Of a stretch of 64,000 nucleotides of DNA, positions 16,401-55,286 are shown one piece after another. The notes beneath the pieces are model-generated. The model did not search any database, was not told the origin of the DNA, and worked only from the letters and a program-made list of their open reading frames with translations. Source of the stretch: the human T2T-CHM13v2.0 reference genome, Homo sapiens; NCBI RefSeq assembly GCF_009914755.1, contig NC_060935.1, one strand, 5' to 3'. Each line of letters opens with the position of its first letter. The first letter of the stretch is position 1. The position numbers were made by a program, and so were the translations under genes.

Positions 16401-17369
16401 TAGACAATTCTCAAAAGAAGATATACAAATGACCAACAAACATAAGAAAAAATGCTCAGCATCACTAATGATCAAGGAAATGCAAGTCAAAACCACAATG
16501 TGATACCATATTACTCCTGCAAGAATGGCCATTATCAAAAAACCAGTAGATGTTGGCATGGATGTGGTGATCAGGGAACACTTATACATACTGCTGGTGG
16601 AAATGTAAACTAGTATAGCCAATATGGAAAACAGTGTGGAGATTCCTTAAAGAACTAAAAGTAGAACTACCATTTGATCCAGCAATCCCACCACTGAGTG
16701 TCTACCCAGAGGAAAAGAAGTTATTATACGAAAAAGATACTTCCACACGCATGCTTATGGCAGCACAATTTGCAACTGCGAAATCGTGGAACCCACCCAA
16801 ATGCCCATCAATCAATGAGTGGATAAAGAAACTGTGGAATACTACTCAGCCATAAAAAGAAATGAATTAATAGCATTCACAGAGACCTGGTTGAGATTGG
16901 AGACTATTATTCTAGGTGAAGTAACTCAGGAATGGAAAACCAAAGATTGTATGATCTCACTGATATGTCAAGGCTAAGTTATGAAGAAGCAAAGGCATAA
17001 GAATGATACAATGGACTCTGGGGACTTGGGAGGAAGGGTGTGAGGGAGGTGAGGGATAAAAGACTACAAATAGGATGCAGTGCATACTGCTCAGGTGATG
17101 GATGCACCAAAATCTCACAAATCACCACTAAAGAACTTATGTAACCAAATACCACCCGTACCCCATTAACCTATGGAAAAAGAAAGTATGTATCTCCTTT
17201 TGAGGCATAAATTTAGAACTTAAACAGAGTTGCTTCTGCTGCAAGTGATTGTCCAAGGCAAGTCAAAAAACAACTCCAGATTCCATCTCTTGATGGGAAG
17301 AGATACAAAGTCATATTCCAAGACCTACACTTGGAAGCAAAAGACCAATATCTATTATCGTGAAAACAC

Positions 17370-19045
<1,676 letters not shown>

Positions 19046-19277
19046 TGAGTTAGTGTTTGTAAAGTGCTTTAAGCAGCAACTGCCACAGAAAGCCTATGTG
19101 TGTATGCTTATTTGTGTTTTTTGTTAAGTTTATCTTTCTCTTGTCTCCTGACTTCCCTGTCACGTTTCCTCGTGAAGCAAGGGATCAATCTCAATCAACT
19201 TTCCTTTTCCCATGAAAATTCCACCCATCCCTCAAGGTTCTGTTCAAACACTTCGTTTCCTCGTGACTCTTCCTTAA

Positions 19278-22863
<3,586 letters not shown>

Positions 22864-23353
22864 GATCTGGAAAGATATTCTCTAAATTGTTGATAGTGAT
22901 TGTCTCTGGTTGGGAGAATTGGGGGAATTTTTTTGTTACTTATTCTTATCTGTTCAGTTTTTCATAATTGATCATTGACATATATAGGGTGAAAACTTAA
23001 TTTTTAAAAAGATCAAAGGAGCCCCCAAGGTGAGAATCCACCCAAAAAAGATTATTTTCTAAGGCAATTATATTCAACAGTTATTTATTGAACAGCTACT
23101 ATGTACAATGTATCCTCCTTTTTTTTGTTTTTGTTTTTGTTTCTTTGGTCTTTTTCCTTCTGTTACAATGTTTTCTTTTGATCTTCAAATATACCAACAA
23201 AGTAAGATAAACCCCTCTACCATAATACCAGCTACCATTTAATGAGTGTTCACTGTGTGTTAAGCATTGTGCTGAGCACTTTGCATTCTGAATCTTAATT
23301 CTGGAGGTGAAACTACTGAGGTGAGAATACTAAGGCTCAGAGAGGTCAAGTAG

Positions 23354-24130
<777 letters not shown>

Positions 24131-24879
24131 GTGAGAAATGAACTATCAGAAATGCCTAAAGAAACCAAAGAACAATGGAATATAGATGGGATATAGTTGA
24201 TTCACTAAAGGAGGCTTTCACTACTAAACTGCTGATGACTTACCCACTATCACAGATGCCCCTTGGCTAGGAAGGAGCTGGCCTAAAAACTCCACCCTGA
24301 GGATTCTCCAACACACATTTCCTAGGTTAGACCAGATATTATGTCAAGCAGGTAATGGAGGACTGATTCAGTAGTGATTTAGCATTGGAGTTTTGCTGGG
24401 CAAGATGTGGGTACAAGCAAATGGTGTAGGTGGAATGGAAGAAGTCCAAGCAATCAACCAGACTCCAAGCAGGGTAGAGAGAAGAAAAAGTACTCAAGAA
24501 GGGGGGAAAAGTCAACGTTCTTAAAGAATAAGAGTTCAGGGGAGTATACAAAATGGCTGTGCTGGGTTTGAAGAGGCGGATTGTGCTCAGCATCTGGAAT
24601 ACGCGAATTTAAGATAGGGAAAGCACTTCTGAGTGGTAACAAACTTTAGAGGTAATATGGGAGTAGCTGCTAGAGAGAAATTAAGGTAACCGTCATTGGC
24701 ATTAAGGAGATAAAGAAGTTATGAGGTTCAAGGGGAATTGGCCATGAATCATTCAAGTGATGGAGGAAGCTGGGTGGGAAACCTATAAGCCAAGTTTCAA
24801 AGTCTTTACTGAAGACTGGAGAATGAATAAGAGGCAGAAGTGGACAATATCAAGAGACAAAAGGTATAAAACTAGACAT

Positions 24880-25355
<476 letters not shown>

Positions 25356-26034
25356 TTAAAGATTACAGAACTATTAAGTGATAGATTCTGCCACTAAAGC
25401 ATACACAATTAGCTAATGTATTAGAATCCCTTAGAACACAAGCCTCCTTAAAAAAAAAAAAAAAAAACTAAATATGAAACAGGGAGATAATAAACTAAAA
25501 TTCACAGCTGTATTATTGGAAATACATTTTATGGTTGTGAGAAAATCACAAACTAATTTTTCCATTGGGCAAAATTGAAATAATACCATTGGAAACAAAT
25601 TTTATCACCATGGCAATAAAGCACAAATAGCTATTAATCCCCATCAGAGAAAAGATTTCTGGTAGGTGTTAGGCTTTTAAAGAACAATCGTCAGATTTTT
25701 ATTTCTAATTTATTTCCCACACAATGTGGATGTATTTTTCTTATATTTTAAAATTTATTAGATTTTTCAAACCTGATAGTTTATTCTTAAGTGTGAATCA
25801 TCCTAATAATGTAGTGAAATGACCCAGATAAATTTATGGGTTGTTTTTTCTCTTTTTCAGCAAGGAAGGTACTAGAAAACTGCCATAGATGTATTGAGCA
25901 CATCATCTTTTCAAAAGGGAATAGGATAGCTTAGATTCATTAAAAACAGTCATTGCTCCAGAATTTTATATGAATATATTAGAATCTCTTGGGGGCATCT
26001 CCTCTAAAAAGATCAGTATTAAGAGTTGCATCCT

Positions 26035-28180
<2,146 letters not shown>

Positions 28181-29078
28181 TAAATCTTGTTTTAAGCCAA
28201 TAAGATATTTGGTGTTGTTTGTTATAGTAGCATAACCTAATTCTATCCTGCCTGGTACAAGCCTTCATTTCCTCATTGGTTAAATGGAGATATAAATAGT
28301 ATATGCCTCCTTAAGATGTGAAGTTTATATAAGACAATGTATGTTTTTAAAAAACAGTCCATTGCCAGGCACATACTATTGTTAGATCAATGAGAGTTAT
28401 GAAAGGGAAGTGAAAAAGCATCACCCTAGATCATCCAGCTTTTTAATGATAGAACCTGTTTCTTCAATCCTAAGCAGTCGTCTGCAGAGTCTGTAAGAGT
28501 GTGAATCATCTACTCAGATATGCAGATTCTGGCTCCCAAATATAGTCATTTTCACAAACATTCATGTTAACACCGGAATAATCATATGTTCCTCTCACTC
28601 CCCTTCTATTTACTTTGTCATTTGTCAATAGCATGTGTTCCAACCATAGAAAATATAACCTATTGAATTAAGCTTTCCTTTTTCTAAATAGGAGTAGCAC
28701 TTCCTCATCAAGCATCTTCTAAAATTCTTTGTTCTGTCCCATTTACGTTATGCCAAGAAAGACTTCCTGGAAAAGATTAATATGCAATTTAGAGATATCA
28801 TATTTGGGCAATGTCTTGAATATTAAATCACTTTTTGCTTTGTTACATGGTAGGATTATTACTACTTACCCAAACAAAAAGTAGTGATTCACAAGTTTAG
28901 GATCTGATAGAACATAGGAAAAAGCATAGTTAATCAACAAATACAAATGCAATATTACTGAGTTCCTGTTATTTTTAAGGCTTTATGTTTGGTTCTATGT
29001 TGAATATGTAAAAAGTGTTTGTTTCTGACCTTTCCCATTCCATTGAGATTTTGATACACTGCAAAGCAGAATAAGGCA

Positions 29079-29300
29079 TGTCTTGGTCCATTCACACTGC
29101 CATAACAAAAATACTATAGATTAGCTGGCTCATGAACAACAGAAATTTATTTCTCACAGTCCTGGAGGCTGGGAAGTCCAAGATCAAGCTGCCAACAGAA
29201 TCCATGTCTGGTGAAGTCACTCTTCCTGGCTTGTAGATACACTGTGTCCTCTCATGGTGTAAGAAGGAATGAACTTTCTGGGTGTTCTGTTATAGCAGCA
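29079..29300 (-). mobile_element. MLT1/MST-type MaLR LTR fragment
   Basis: tgtcttggtccatt...aacaacagaaatttatttctcacagtcctggaggctgggaagtccaagatcaag. Confidence 0.7.
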
Positions 29301-29564
29301 TAAATGGAAAAAGACAGCATGGAAACCCCAGCTACTAGCACTACAAGTTCTCTACATCACACATTGTGTACAGACTGTGGCCTCCCCAATGGGCAGGCAG
29401 TGAATGTAATAGCTGATTGAGTGAGGCATATATGGAACCATCTGAATGCTTGTTTATGGTCAGTTGGAGCTAATAATTGTTCAAATGGCCTCTTAAAATT
29501 GGTACGAATTCTTTCATTTCCTTCTCCAAAAGTGTTCACATTTTAAATTAAGATTGCTGGAAGA

Positions 29565-30958
<1,394 letters not shown>

Positions 30959-31108
30959 TAGATGTCCAGTTGCTCCAGAACCACTTGTTGAAAAGACTAT
31001 CTTTCCTCCATTGAACTGCTTTTGCACTTTTGTCAAAAATTAATTTCAGCATATTTGTGTGAGTTTTTTCCTAGGTCCAATTGATCTATGTGTCTGTTCC
31101 TCTGCCAG

Positions 31109-31641
31109 TGTACCCAGACAGAACGAGGGGTCCAGCTGCTTGTTCTCATAGTTCAATAATGAGATGCAGACAGACTGAGAAAGAAGGGAGTTTATTTCTG
31201 CAACCGGTTTCAGGCAGGTCAGAGTAACTCACCCGACCAACTCAAATTTACAAGGTTTTTTTTTTTCAGTGCTTATACATATTCTAAGTTATTTGCCCAT
31301 GTGTGGTAGTGCACCTAAAAGTGGCAGTGTTTCATTCAATCTATATCTAATCTTTATCTAGGGTCTAGGGTCTGGAAAGCTTTCTCTAGAGTCTTGGAAA
31401 GTTTCTTCATCTTGAATGAGCTCTGGCACGAGGTGTATGTGTAAGAATGCCTTTATTATTTGATCAGACTTTAGGGCCGGAGAAAACCCAGGCCAGGTCT
31501 TAATGGGTTTGTTTTTACATTCCAGCGCTCACCCTCAGGCACCAATTTCTTCAGTTTTTTTATGTTTAACTTACACATTCATCAGAAAAGGGTTAGTGAA
31601 CCTGACTGTTCTGGTTGATAATGGAAACCTGGCCTGACATA
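31109..31641 (-). mobile_element. ERV1 (MER4-group-like) solo LTR inserted in an antisense L1 remnant; subfamily uncertain
   Basis: TSD CCAG at 31105-31108 and 31642-31645; minus-strand start resembles TGTGGCAGGCCAGG; minus-strand AATAAA. Confidence 0.7.
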
Positions 31642-31688
31642 CCAGTGCCACAGAGGCTTAAAAAAAAAAGGGAAAAAACAAGAAAAAA

Positions 31689-31950
31689 TAATATATATAA
31701 TATATATTTTATATATATTATATATATTTATGACATATATATGTGTGTATAAGTGCAGGTTTCTTACACGTGTATATTGGGTAGTGGTGAAATCTGGGCT
31801 TTTAGTGTACCCATCACCCAAATAATGAACACTGTACACAACAGGTAATTTTTCAACCCTCACCTCCCTCCCACCCTGCCACTTTTTGGAGTCTCCAGTA
31901 TCTATTATTACACTCTGTATGTCCACGTGTACCCATTGTTTAGCTTCCAA
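31689..31950 (-). mobile_element. (TA)n tract plus L1MA-type 3' end fragment
   Basis: gtggtgaaatctgggcttttagtgtacccatcacccaaata. Confidence 0.7.
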
Positions 31951-32111
31951 CAATTATTCATCTGTTAACCAAAGGTAGCCCCTGATGAGGACAATCTTTA
32001 TAATACCCTTTTTAAAACAAAATACTTTGACTTACAGGACGTTATGGAAGCACTATAAAATGTCAACACTATTGTTTATGCAAACGGTCTTTAGGTTGTT
32101 ACAATTGTTAA

Positions 32112-32128
32112 AGTGCCACCTGCTGGAA
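32112..32128 (-). promoter_or_regulatory. Candidate CTCF site
   Basis: Minus strand ttCCAGCAGGTGGCACt, near-consensus core in non-repeat DNA. Confidence 0.6.
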
Positions 32129-32374
32129 AGTCCACCCATAAATATATACCAATTCCTTAAGAGGCTGAAGACAACTTTGTTTCAAAACACAAATAGTGAA
32201 AGTGACACCAGCAAAATCCTCTCTTCTTACAGTGTTGCCCCAGTCCAGTTGCACAGTATACTTCATCTACACAACACTATGGAAAATGTAGCAACTCTGT
32301 TATACTATTCATCAGTAGAGTTTGGGCTTTTTTTAAATACTTTTTTTTTCTAATTTAATGGGGGGTAGGGGACG

Positions 32375-33234
<860 letters not shown>

Positions 33235-33491
33235 TTAGAGGAGGTTTTCAACTAAAGAAGGTGTGTTTCAAAAGCTTGTGCTTGATCCTGATTTTTAGCC
33301 TCAGGGATCAGCACGCATTTAGATAAATAATTTCTTATCTTCATGAATGGAATTTTCTAGTAAAATACTCACTTAAAGATTCTTTATGAAAATGGTTGTT
33401 ATCAAATGTATTTCTGATTTTAAATGTTGTGATAACTTAGATTCAATCTCTGTAATAAGACAATTTATATCAACAATCCCTAGGAGAGTCT

Positions 33492-34468
<977 letters not shown>

Positions 34469-35029
34469 GTCTAATTTGAAGAAGTTAAGAGTTCATTGTT
34501 CAACAGGGTAGTCACCAGCCACATGCGGCTATTGGATACATGAAATGTGGCTAGTGACACACTGAAATAATATTTTAAATATATTGATTAAAATATATTA
34601 TTTTTAAAAAATTTTTAAGATCTCATGTAAGCCAGATGTTTGAAAATAAATTTTTCAAGGAAGCAGTGTTATACAGGCTGGTTAAATTCCCAGTTCTCAC
34701 AAATTTCTTTAAACCAGGATGCATAGCCTTGCACAGTATTATGATATAATAGCTGTCATTCATACCATTGCTTCTCTGGGACATTGTTTTTTAACTTGGG
34801 ATGCCCTGATTGGAATTCCTCTGCCCCTCTCCAGATGAGGAGCAGGCAAAGGGAAAGACTAGGACTAAAAGGCCCAGCAAGAAAGAGAACAGAGCAGGGT
34901 AGGACAACTTGCTAACCACATGTGTCTGCATAGAAGGCTTTACTTTAGGTCAGTGTCCCCTTCAGTGTTCTCTACTGAGACAAAAGGTAAAGTTTATTTA
35001 ACCCAAGAGGTGAGCTGACCAATGGGCTA

Positions 35030-35925
<896 letters not shown>

Positions 35926-36598
35926 AGGTTTATTATTAAGCAAAATATTTTAGGAAATGTGTGCTCAGAGATCCCTGGCCTCCACCCCTGGAGACTGACT
36001 CAGTAGTTCTGGGATAGGGCTTGATAATCTCTATTTTTAAAAGCATCTCCAGTGTTTCTGACATTCTGCTAAGTGAGAATTAGTAATGAACTAGGAATCC
36101 AGTAATGAACTAAGAATCCATTTTCGTTTGGCATAAAACTCAGACAAATCACATCGCTTTCCTGTGCCTTCCCTTATTTATCTTTAAAAAGGGAATTGGG
36201 CTAGATGATAATTAAAGTGAGAGGTCAAGGTTTTCAAATTCCTTGATTATTTACATTATTGGGAAAGTTGAAACTACTTGTACACAACTCATAACGTCCA
36301 ACAGTAGGCGGAGAGATATCCTTCTTAGAGTAATAGAGAAGTAGAATGTACAATTGAAACACTGGTTGCCTAAAGCGGGGGAGATAAAATTATGAACGGC
36401 TGGCTTACACACATTCACGAGTGTGTGCTCACACTCAAAATGAGTGGAACTAGAATCTCCCGCACTAGATTTTTTTTTCTCCTTCTGGTTGATCTGGGGA
36501 AGGGGGGCTGGCGAGGATGTTGGTAATGACTATACAATTCTTGCCAAGGGAGGGATACACTGGTATAATGACTATAATTTTTTCTTTCTTCCCCAGAT

Positions 36599-38467
<1,869 letters not shown>

Positions 38468-38907
38468 CTAGACAGGTACTGCTACCAGCGACATGAATCA
38501 GCACAGTGGCCAAACCTAATGTCCCTTCCAAAAGTGGAAAAATTGGGGTAAAATTAAATGACAAATGGAAAAAAGGAGGAATAGCCAAGAATAAATAAAT
38601 GAAAAAGTGCGTTATAAATTGAGGAAAATCCAATATCATATTAATGACTCTAAAGAGACTCAGAGCAAAAGATGACACTGTCTCTTAACTCGATGATCCC
38701 AGATGCCTGAAAGGGCGAAGCAGTGTGCCTGCCGAGACCACTCCTGCTTTTGGAGTCTGACAAGATTAAAAGGAAGCTTGCAAACTTGAGTGGCCTCTGC
38801 CTGGGAGACAGTCACACAATATGATGGACTAAAGTAATTATTAAAGATTCTGTATATTTGTTTTGCTGTAAGGGATCCATGGTTGAAAACCAGAGGTGGC
38901 CTATGGT

Positions 38908-39600
<693 letters not shown>

Positions 39601-39832
39601 CAATATCTGTTTGGTGAGGAGGGACACAAATCATATTAGTTGTAAGGGGTGACTTCAGGTTTCTCTAAGAACACTCAGACTCAAGTGAGTAACTCAATTA
39701 TGTTAAAACATTAACCTTCACTTGTGGTGTATTTTCTAGTATAATACATACATCAAAAATTATTCTCTAAAAATGTTTAATTTTATGTTTTGAATATATA
39801 AACAAAGCATATCTCTAAAAGTTAACAGAGAT

Positions 39833-40097
39833 GGCCGGGCATGGTGACTCACGCCTGTAATCCCAGCACTTTGGGAGGCCGAGGTGGGCAGATCACGAGG
39901 TCACGAGTTTGAGCCCAGCCTGACCAATATGGCGAAACCCCGTCTCTACTAAAAATAAAAAACTTAGCCAGACGTGGTGGCGCATCCCTGTAGTCTCAGC
40001 TTCTTGGGAGCCTGAGACAGGAGAATCGTTTGAACCCGGGAGGCAGAGGTTGCAGTGAGCCAAGATCAGGACACTGCATCTCTCAAAAAACAAAAAA
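39833..40097 (+). mobile_element. Alu (3' internal deletion)
   Basis: Alu consensus. Confidence 0.9.
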
Positions 40098-40136
40098 AGT
40101 CAACACAGATAAGTTGAGATTTGGATGGTTTCCTAG

Positions 40137-41226
<1,090 letters not shown>

Positions 41227-41773
41227 ACTTCCTTTTTCTAAAGTCCATCCTGGTGTATATGTATCCTAAACACCCAAATATGTAACCAAAGACTTTGTGA
41301 ATGACCCTGCTCACCAAACAGCAACCTTGCAGGATCAGCAACTGCAGTTCTGACTGCGGCTGTCGCTGGTGTAAATAAAATGAAACAATGAGCAAAATAG
41401 CACAAATTTAAAACTAAACCATCAGTGTGCTAATCAAACTGAAAGTCTTCCTAAAAGAGCCAAACATTTTAACATAACCTTTCCCACTCTCATAGTTGTT
41501 AATGTTAGGGAGCAAAAACCAAACATCGATTGAAAAGGCAGTTTTAATTGGTTGCAGAAAATGAAAGGTTACTTCACTCAAAAAAGTAAAAAAAAACTCA
41601 TTGTGGTAATTCAGAATTGGAAAATGTTTATTCCTGCAAATGATCGGTAAGCTTGCTCTGAATTCCCTTGAATCCCAGCATAGTCCCCAAATAGACAGGC
41701 TTGCCTCACCCCACAGAGGATACGACTCTGAAAAATTGAATATGAAGAAATACTGAATATGTCAAGTCATTCA

Positions 41774-42118
<345 letters not shown>

Positions 42119-42167
42119 TTAATCAAAGAAACCACACAGTTGATGTATTTCCATGAATTCAAAGCCT

Positions 42168-42173
42168 TTTAAT
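42168..42173 (-). terminator. Probable SLC35F2 polyadenylation signal ATTAAA
   Basis: Plus-strand tttaat; four upstream UGUA motifs (plus-strand taca, 42201-42230); downstream GU/U-rich tract (TGTGTGGTTTCTTTG). Confidence 0.75.
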
Positions 42174-42744
42174 GATGTGAACACTTACTCCCCATTTCTT
42201 TTTTACATTGTTACAAAAAATTTACATACAGTTTTCTGAAAGTGGCATTTTGTTGGTTGTTATTATACTGATGACACATATTAACACTTTGTATTGAAGA
42301 AGTATCATAAAAATCACAGGGCATTACAGATTTTTGATAAGAAGTAGTAATAGCATTGTCTTTTAACAGCTGGAGGCTCCCAGGCATACTCTTTGGTGAG
42401 AAATGATTAATTTTATATTTTCATTTTGATGAGAATCTTTTCTTGTTTTTACCAGTTATAAAAACAAAGCTTTTTCTTTGTTGTGATACTGTGCACTAAG
42501 ACTTAGTTTCTTGAGCTGATGCTAAATAAAATGAGATCAATAGGAATATTCCAGGAGGTCGTGAGAAGTTTTTAGAAAGGATGGCATCTACATATATATG
42601 GAGCTCTGAAAACTGTTGGAGAGTATGACCTGGGACTGAAACTGTGGAGCACATAGCCAGTGTCACAGGCTCCGAGAGCAGAGAGAGTTTGCTCTGGGAC
42701 CTGGAATGAGTGATGGAGAAATGTTTTAAACAAACAAACAAACA

Positions 42745-43146
42745 GGCCAGGCACAGTGGTTCACATCTGTAATCCTAGCACTTTCGGAGGCCGAGGTGGG
42801 CAGATCGCTTTAGCTCAGGAATTTGAGATTAGCCTGGGCAACATGGCGAAACCCCATCTCTCTACAAAAACAAACAAAACAGGCCTGGCACGGTGGCTCA
42901 AGCCTGTAATCCCAGCACTTTGGGAGGTCGGGGCAGGCAGATCACTTGAGGTCGGGAGGTCAAGACCAGCCTGGGCAACATGGTGAAACCCCATGTCTAC
43001 TAAAAATACAAAACTTAGCTGGGCGTGGGGCCACATGCTTTTGTAATCCCAGCTACTAACACTTGAATCCAGGAGGCAGAGGTTACAGTAAGCTGAGCTT
43101 GCACCACTGCACTCTAGACTCTGCATCTCAAACAAACAAAAAAACA
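42745..43146 (+). mobile_element. Alu left monomer plus an internally deleted Alu inside the SLC35F2 3' UTR (antisense in the mRNA)
   Basis: Alu consensus with (CAAA)n tails. Confidence 0.9.
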
Positions 43147-43767
43147 ATTGTGGGAAGGTTCCTAGGTTTACTGCACTCCAGTTTAATGCTTGTATAGTAC
43201 TCACACTTATATCTCAAGACTTTTCAAGGGCTGACCCACCCGTTTTCTGCCACATGCAGTCAGCCCCAAGGCCTCATCTGTACCCAAAGGCCTGTGGACA
43301 ATAACTGCCTCAGCAAAAAAAAAAAAAAAAAAAAACCTTGAAGCATCTGACAGAGGAAACGTACTCCAGAGCCACCGTGAGCTGCCCCTGTTCCTGACCA
43401 CCAAGCCCAGCCTGGACAGCCTGCTTTCCCGCCCTGGCCTGAGGCTGGCTCAGTCCTGGATCTCTCCCCAGTCCTGCTTTCCCACTGGTGCCTCTAAGAC
43501 CCCAGTGTGGAGTCTGCACCTCATCTCCTCAACACGAACAGATATTGGTCCTCAAACACAGAAACACACTCTTAGCTTGGTTTCTGCTCTATTTTGGTAT
43601 TTCTACTTTTGAACTTTGTTCAGTGTTCCTTTCTAAAACCTAACCACTGGATCCAACCCAGGGTTGTAGAGTGTCCATTCTGAGTCTGCTATTTCCCCAA
43701 GTGTCCCCTCAGCAGGCAGCAGGCTCTGCTTTATCCTGGTGGGGGATGGGTGCGCCATCTTCTCCAG

Positions 43768-43953
43768 CTACAAGACAGCAGAGTGGGTCTCCTGGAGGTT
43801 CTCCTCCAGCTTCAGCCCCAGGTTGTCAATCCCAATGCTGGTGACTGGAGGCACGCTGCTTTCAGCCGGCTCGGCCGTGCGAGTAGGGGTGGAGCAGTAC
43901 AGGATAAACCCCACCATGATGACAGTGAAGGACAGGATGTAGAGTCCTGAAAA
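43768..43953 (-). CDS. SLC35F2: SLC35F2 last coding exon 8 (186 bp incl. TAG), [23 protein letters not shown]...[12 protein letters not shown]. Product: solute carrier family 35 member F2, a DMT-fold transporter reported to import YM155 and queuine/queuosine
   Basis: Acceptor ttcccttctAG|TTTTCAGGA; stop TAG = plus-strand cta at 43768-43770; C-terminus matches the recalled 374-aa protein. Confidence 0.96.
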
Positions 43954-44049
43954 CTAGAAGGGAAGAACAGGCAGTGAATTGTGCCCCTCACATACACATC
44001 TTTGCTGCTGGCTTTTGCCAACTGTGCTTCGAGGATTACCCTCTCATAA

Positions 44050-45531
<1,482 letters not shown>

Positions 45532-45734
45532 ATCAGTATGTATGTTTAGCAGCATGATAAAGCACAGAAAGAGAGTGGCTAAAGACTGACCAAGAATGGT
45601 GTACTAAAAATTAGAGAAACTATGTACTGTAACTAATGTGTAATCAAATACCCAGGGCCTTATTTTTCCTTTCAACTGGAAAAGCAAACTCAACTTATGA
45701 TTAATCCTGCTAACCTGATTTTAAAATTAGGAAT

Positions 45735-48335
<2,601 letters not shown>

Positions 48336-48559
48336 ATTAAGAACGGGGCATTCTATTTTATTCACACCAATAAATAGTTTTAAATTAGCTTAAGTTTCAT
48401 ATTATGCCCAATAAAAAGTTCAAATAAGGAGATGACAGCAAAAAACAGTAAGAAAACAGAATGGGCTAGGGAAGGAGGGAAAAGGAAGAGAAAGAAGATG
48501 AGAAGGAAGGAGGGGGTGGAAGGAGTGAGACAGAGAGAGAAGAAAAAGCAAGCAAGCTA

Positions 48560-53440
<4,881 letters not shown>

Positions 53441-54153
53441 TCAATTCTCAAGGGAAGGTGTATCAGACTCTCTGAGGATGTTATTTTTTCAAACTCCATA
53501 TTTGCTCTCTTGCTTCCCCTGAAGACACTGATATATTCCCTTCCACCCCACCTGCCTTGAGAATTAGTACAGGTAATAGGACCCATTGCTGATGGCAGCA
53601 GGTTACGCTTGTAAATGCTGTGATGATGTGGATAGAAAAAGTCTGAAAAACCACTGGACTGAATTACCTTTAAGATATAAAATTACTATCAAAGACAGAA
53701 CCATTCCAATCATGCATGCATGATAAACTGGCCATCTCTCTTTCCTTTCCATCAGGTACTCCAGACTTTTTGTCTCTATACCAAGGCAAAAAGAATGAAT
53801 GGAAAAGTTCCTAGTGCTCAGGTTAAGTTACACTGTCCCTCAAGGTCAACAGCAGCTCTGGGCCAGCTTGTTTATCACCTGAAAACATGCGTTAACAATT
53901 CCATAAGCTAGTGCCCTGGGCCATACCATCGAAGATGAAATCCATGTATTTCACTCTTTAGAAAAACCCTAGAAGGACAATTCTTACGTGAACCCATTTT
54001 GTAATTCAGAAGCAGCAAAGGGAGGCCTGACCAATGAAATTCTTGCCAAGAAGATGAGAAGGTTTTATTTTTTGATCTAGAGTCTTGAAGAAACCTGCTA
54101 CGTTTTTTGGATCCAAGCAAGTATTCTTATTTGAACGTGATCTATTTGTTTAC

Positions 54154-54308
54154 CTTATAGCCAAACAGAAAGAGTCCAACAAAAAGGCTGTAGAGGTCCG
54201 CTGTCAGGATGCCCAGGTTGACGGAAGTGGCACTAGTGACTTTAATCACCAATGGCATGAAGCTGTACAGGCAAAACATACACAGGGCAAATGCCACGAA
54301 CAGCAGGG
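54154..54308 (-). CDS. SLC35F2: SLC35F2 coding exon 7 (155 bp), [52 protein letters not shown]
   Basis: ORF 54142..54354; acceptor tttttccacAG, donor AAG|GTAAAC. Confidence 0.96.
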
Positions 54309-54755
54309 CTGTGGAAAAAAACATGGAATATCTAATATTAGGGCAAGAAAACATAAGACAAAGGAGTTTGAGGCTTAGCTGTCATATAAAACTCCCTAAC
54401 CCTTTAACATATTATGTACAAAGCCCCTTGTTAACAGTCAGCATTGAAAATGAGACCATAAAGCTCTCTCGAAAAAAGAATATAAATAGCAAGTTGTGAT
54501 GTAGATAAAGGACCTCAAAAAATCCAACAAGGTATTGGATGATCAAGGTCAGAAAATCCTGCTTATGGTGTGACAGTCCATTGCTCTTAATCACCCCTTG
54601 CTATGCACCCTGCCAGGACAGCGATGCCTGTGATAAAAGGCCAATAAAGGCAGAATCAACATCTCATGTCAAGAAAAATCACTCATTATGTTTTCTTTGC
54701 TTTTGTTTGGTTGGACATGATTTGTATAATTGGATTCAGAATAAAGTATCTTTAA

Positions 54756-55286
<531 letters not shown>

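Larger units (their letters stand above)
9310..17185 (+). mobile_element. Near-full-length, inactive L1PB1-type LINE-1 (5' UTR, ORF1 from ~10725, ORF2 from ~12873, 3' UTR)
   Basis: ORF fragments with endonuclease and RT homology ([27 protein letters not shown]); RT motif FADD mutated to FADY; many stops and frameshifts; L1PB-diagnostic 3' end gggataaaagactacaaa...aacctatggaaaaa. Confidence 0.92.
42150..43767 (-). other. SLC35F2: SLC35F2 3' UTR (~1.6 kb; distal end approximate), containing antisense Alu sequence and a U21 tract
   Basis: Runs from the stop codon to the poly(A) signal region; AU-rich distal part. Confidence 0.8.

Noticed and set aside
10725-16855. L1 ORF1/ORF2 fragments as a functional RT/endonuclease system
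   Set aside because: Broken by stops, frameshifts, an LTR12 and an Alu; catalytic FADD is FADY
31985-32353. 122-aa ORF in non-repeat DNA
   Set aside because: No recognisable homology, AT-rich composition and no exon signals; a length expected by chance
36082-36120. 19-bp tandem duplication agtaatgaactargaatcc
   Set aside because: Small slippage-type duplication at the edge of a MER5-like remnant; no functional signal
54085-54499. Plus-strand ORFs overlapping exon 7 (and similar ones over exons 5 and 8)
   Set aside because: Antisense shadows of the real minus-strand coding exons
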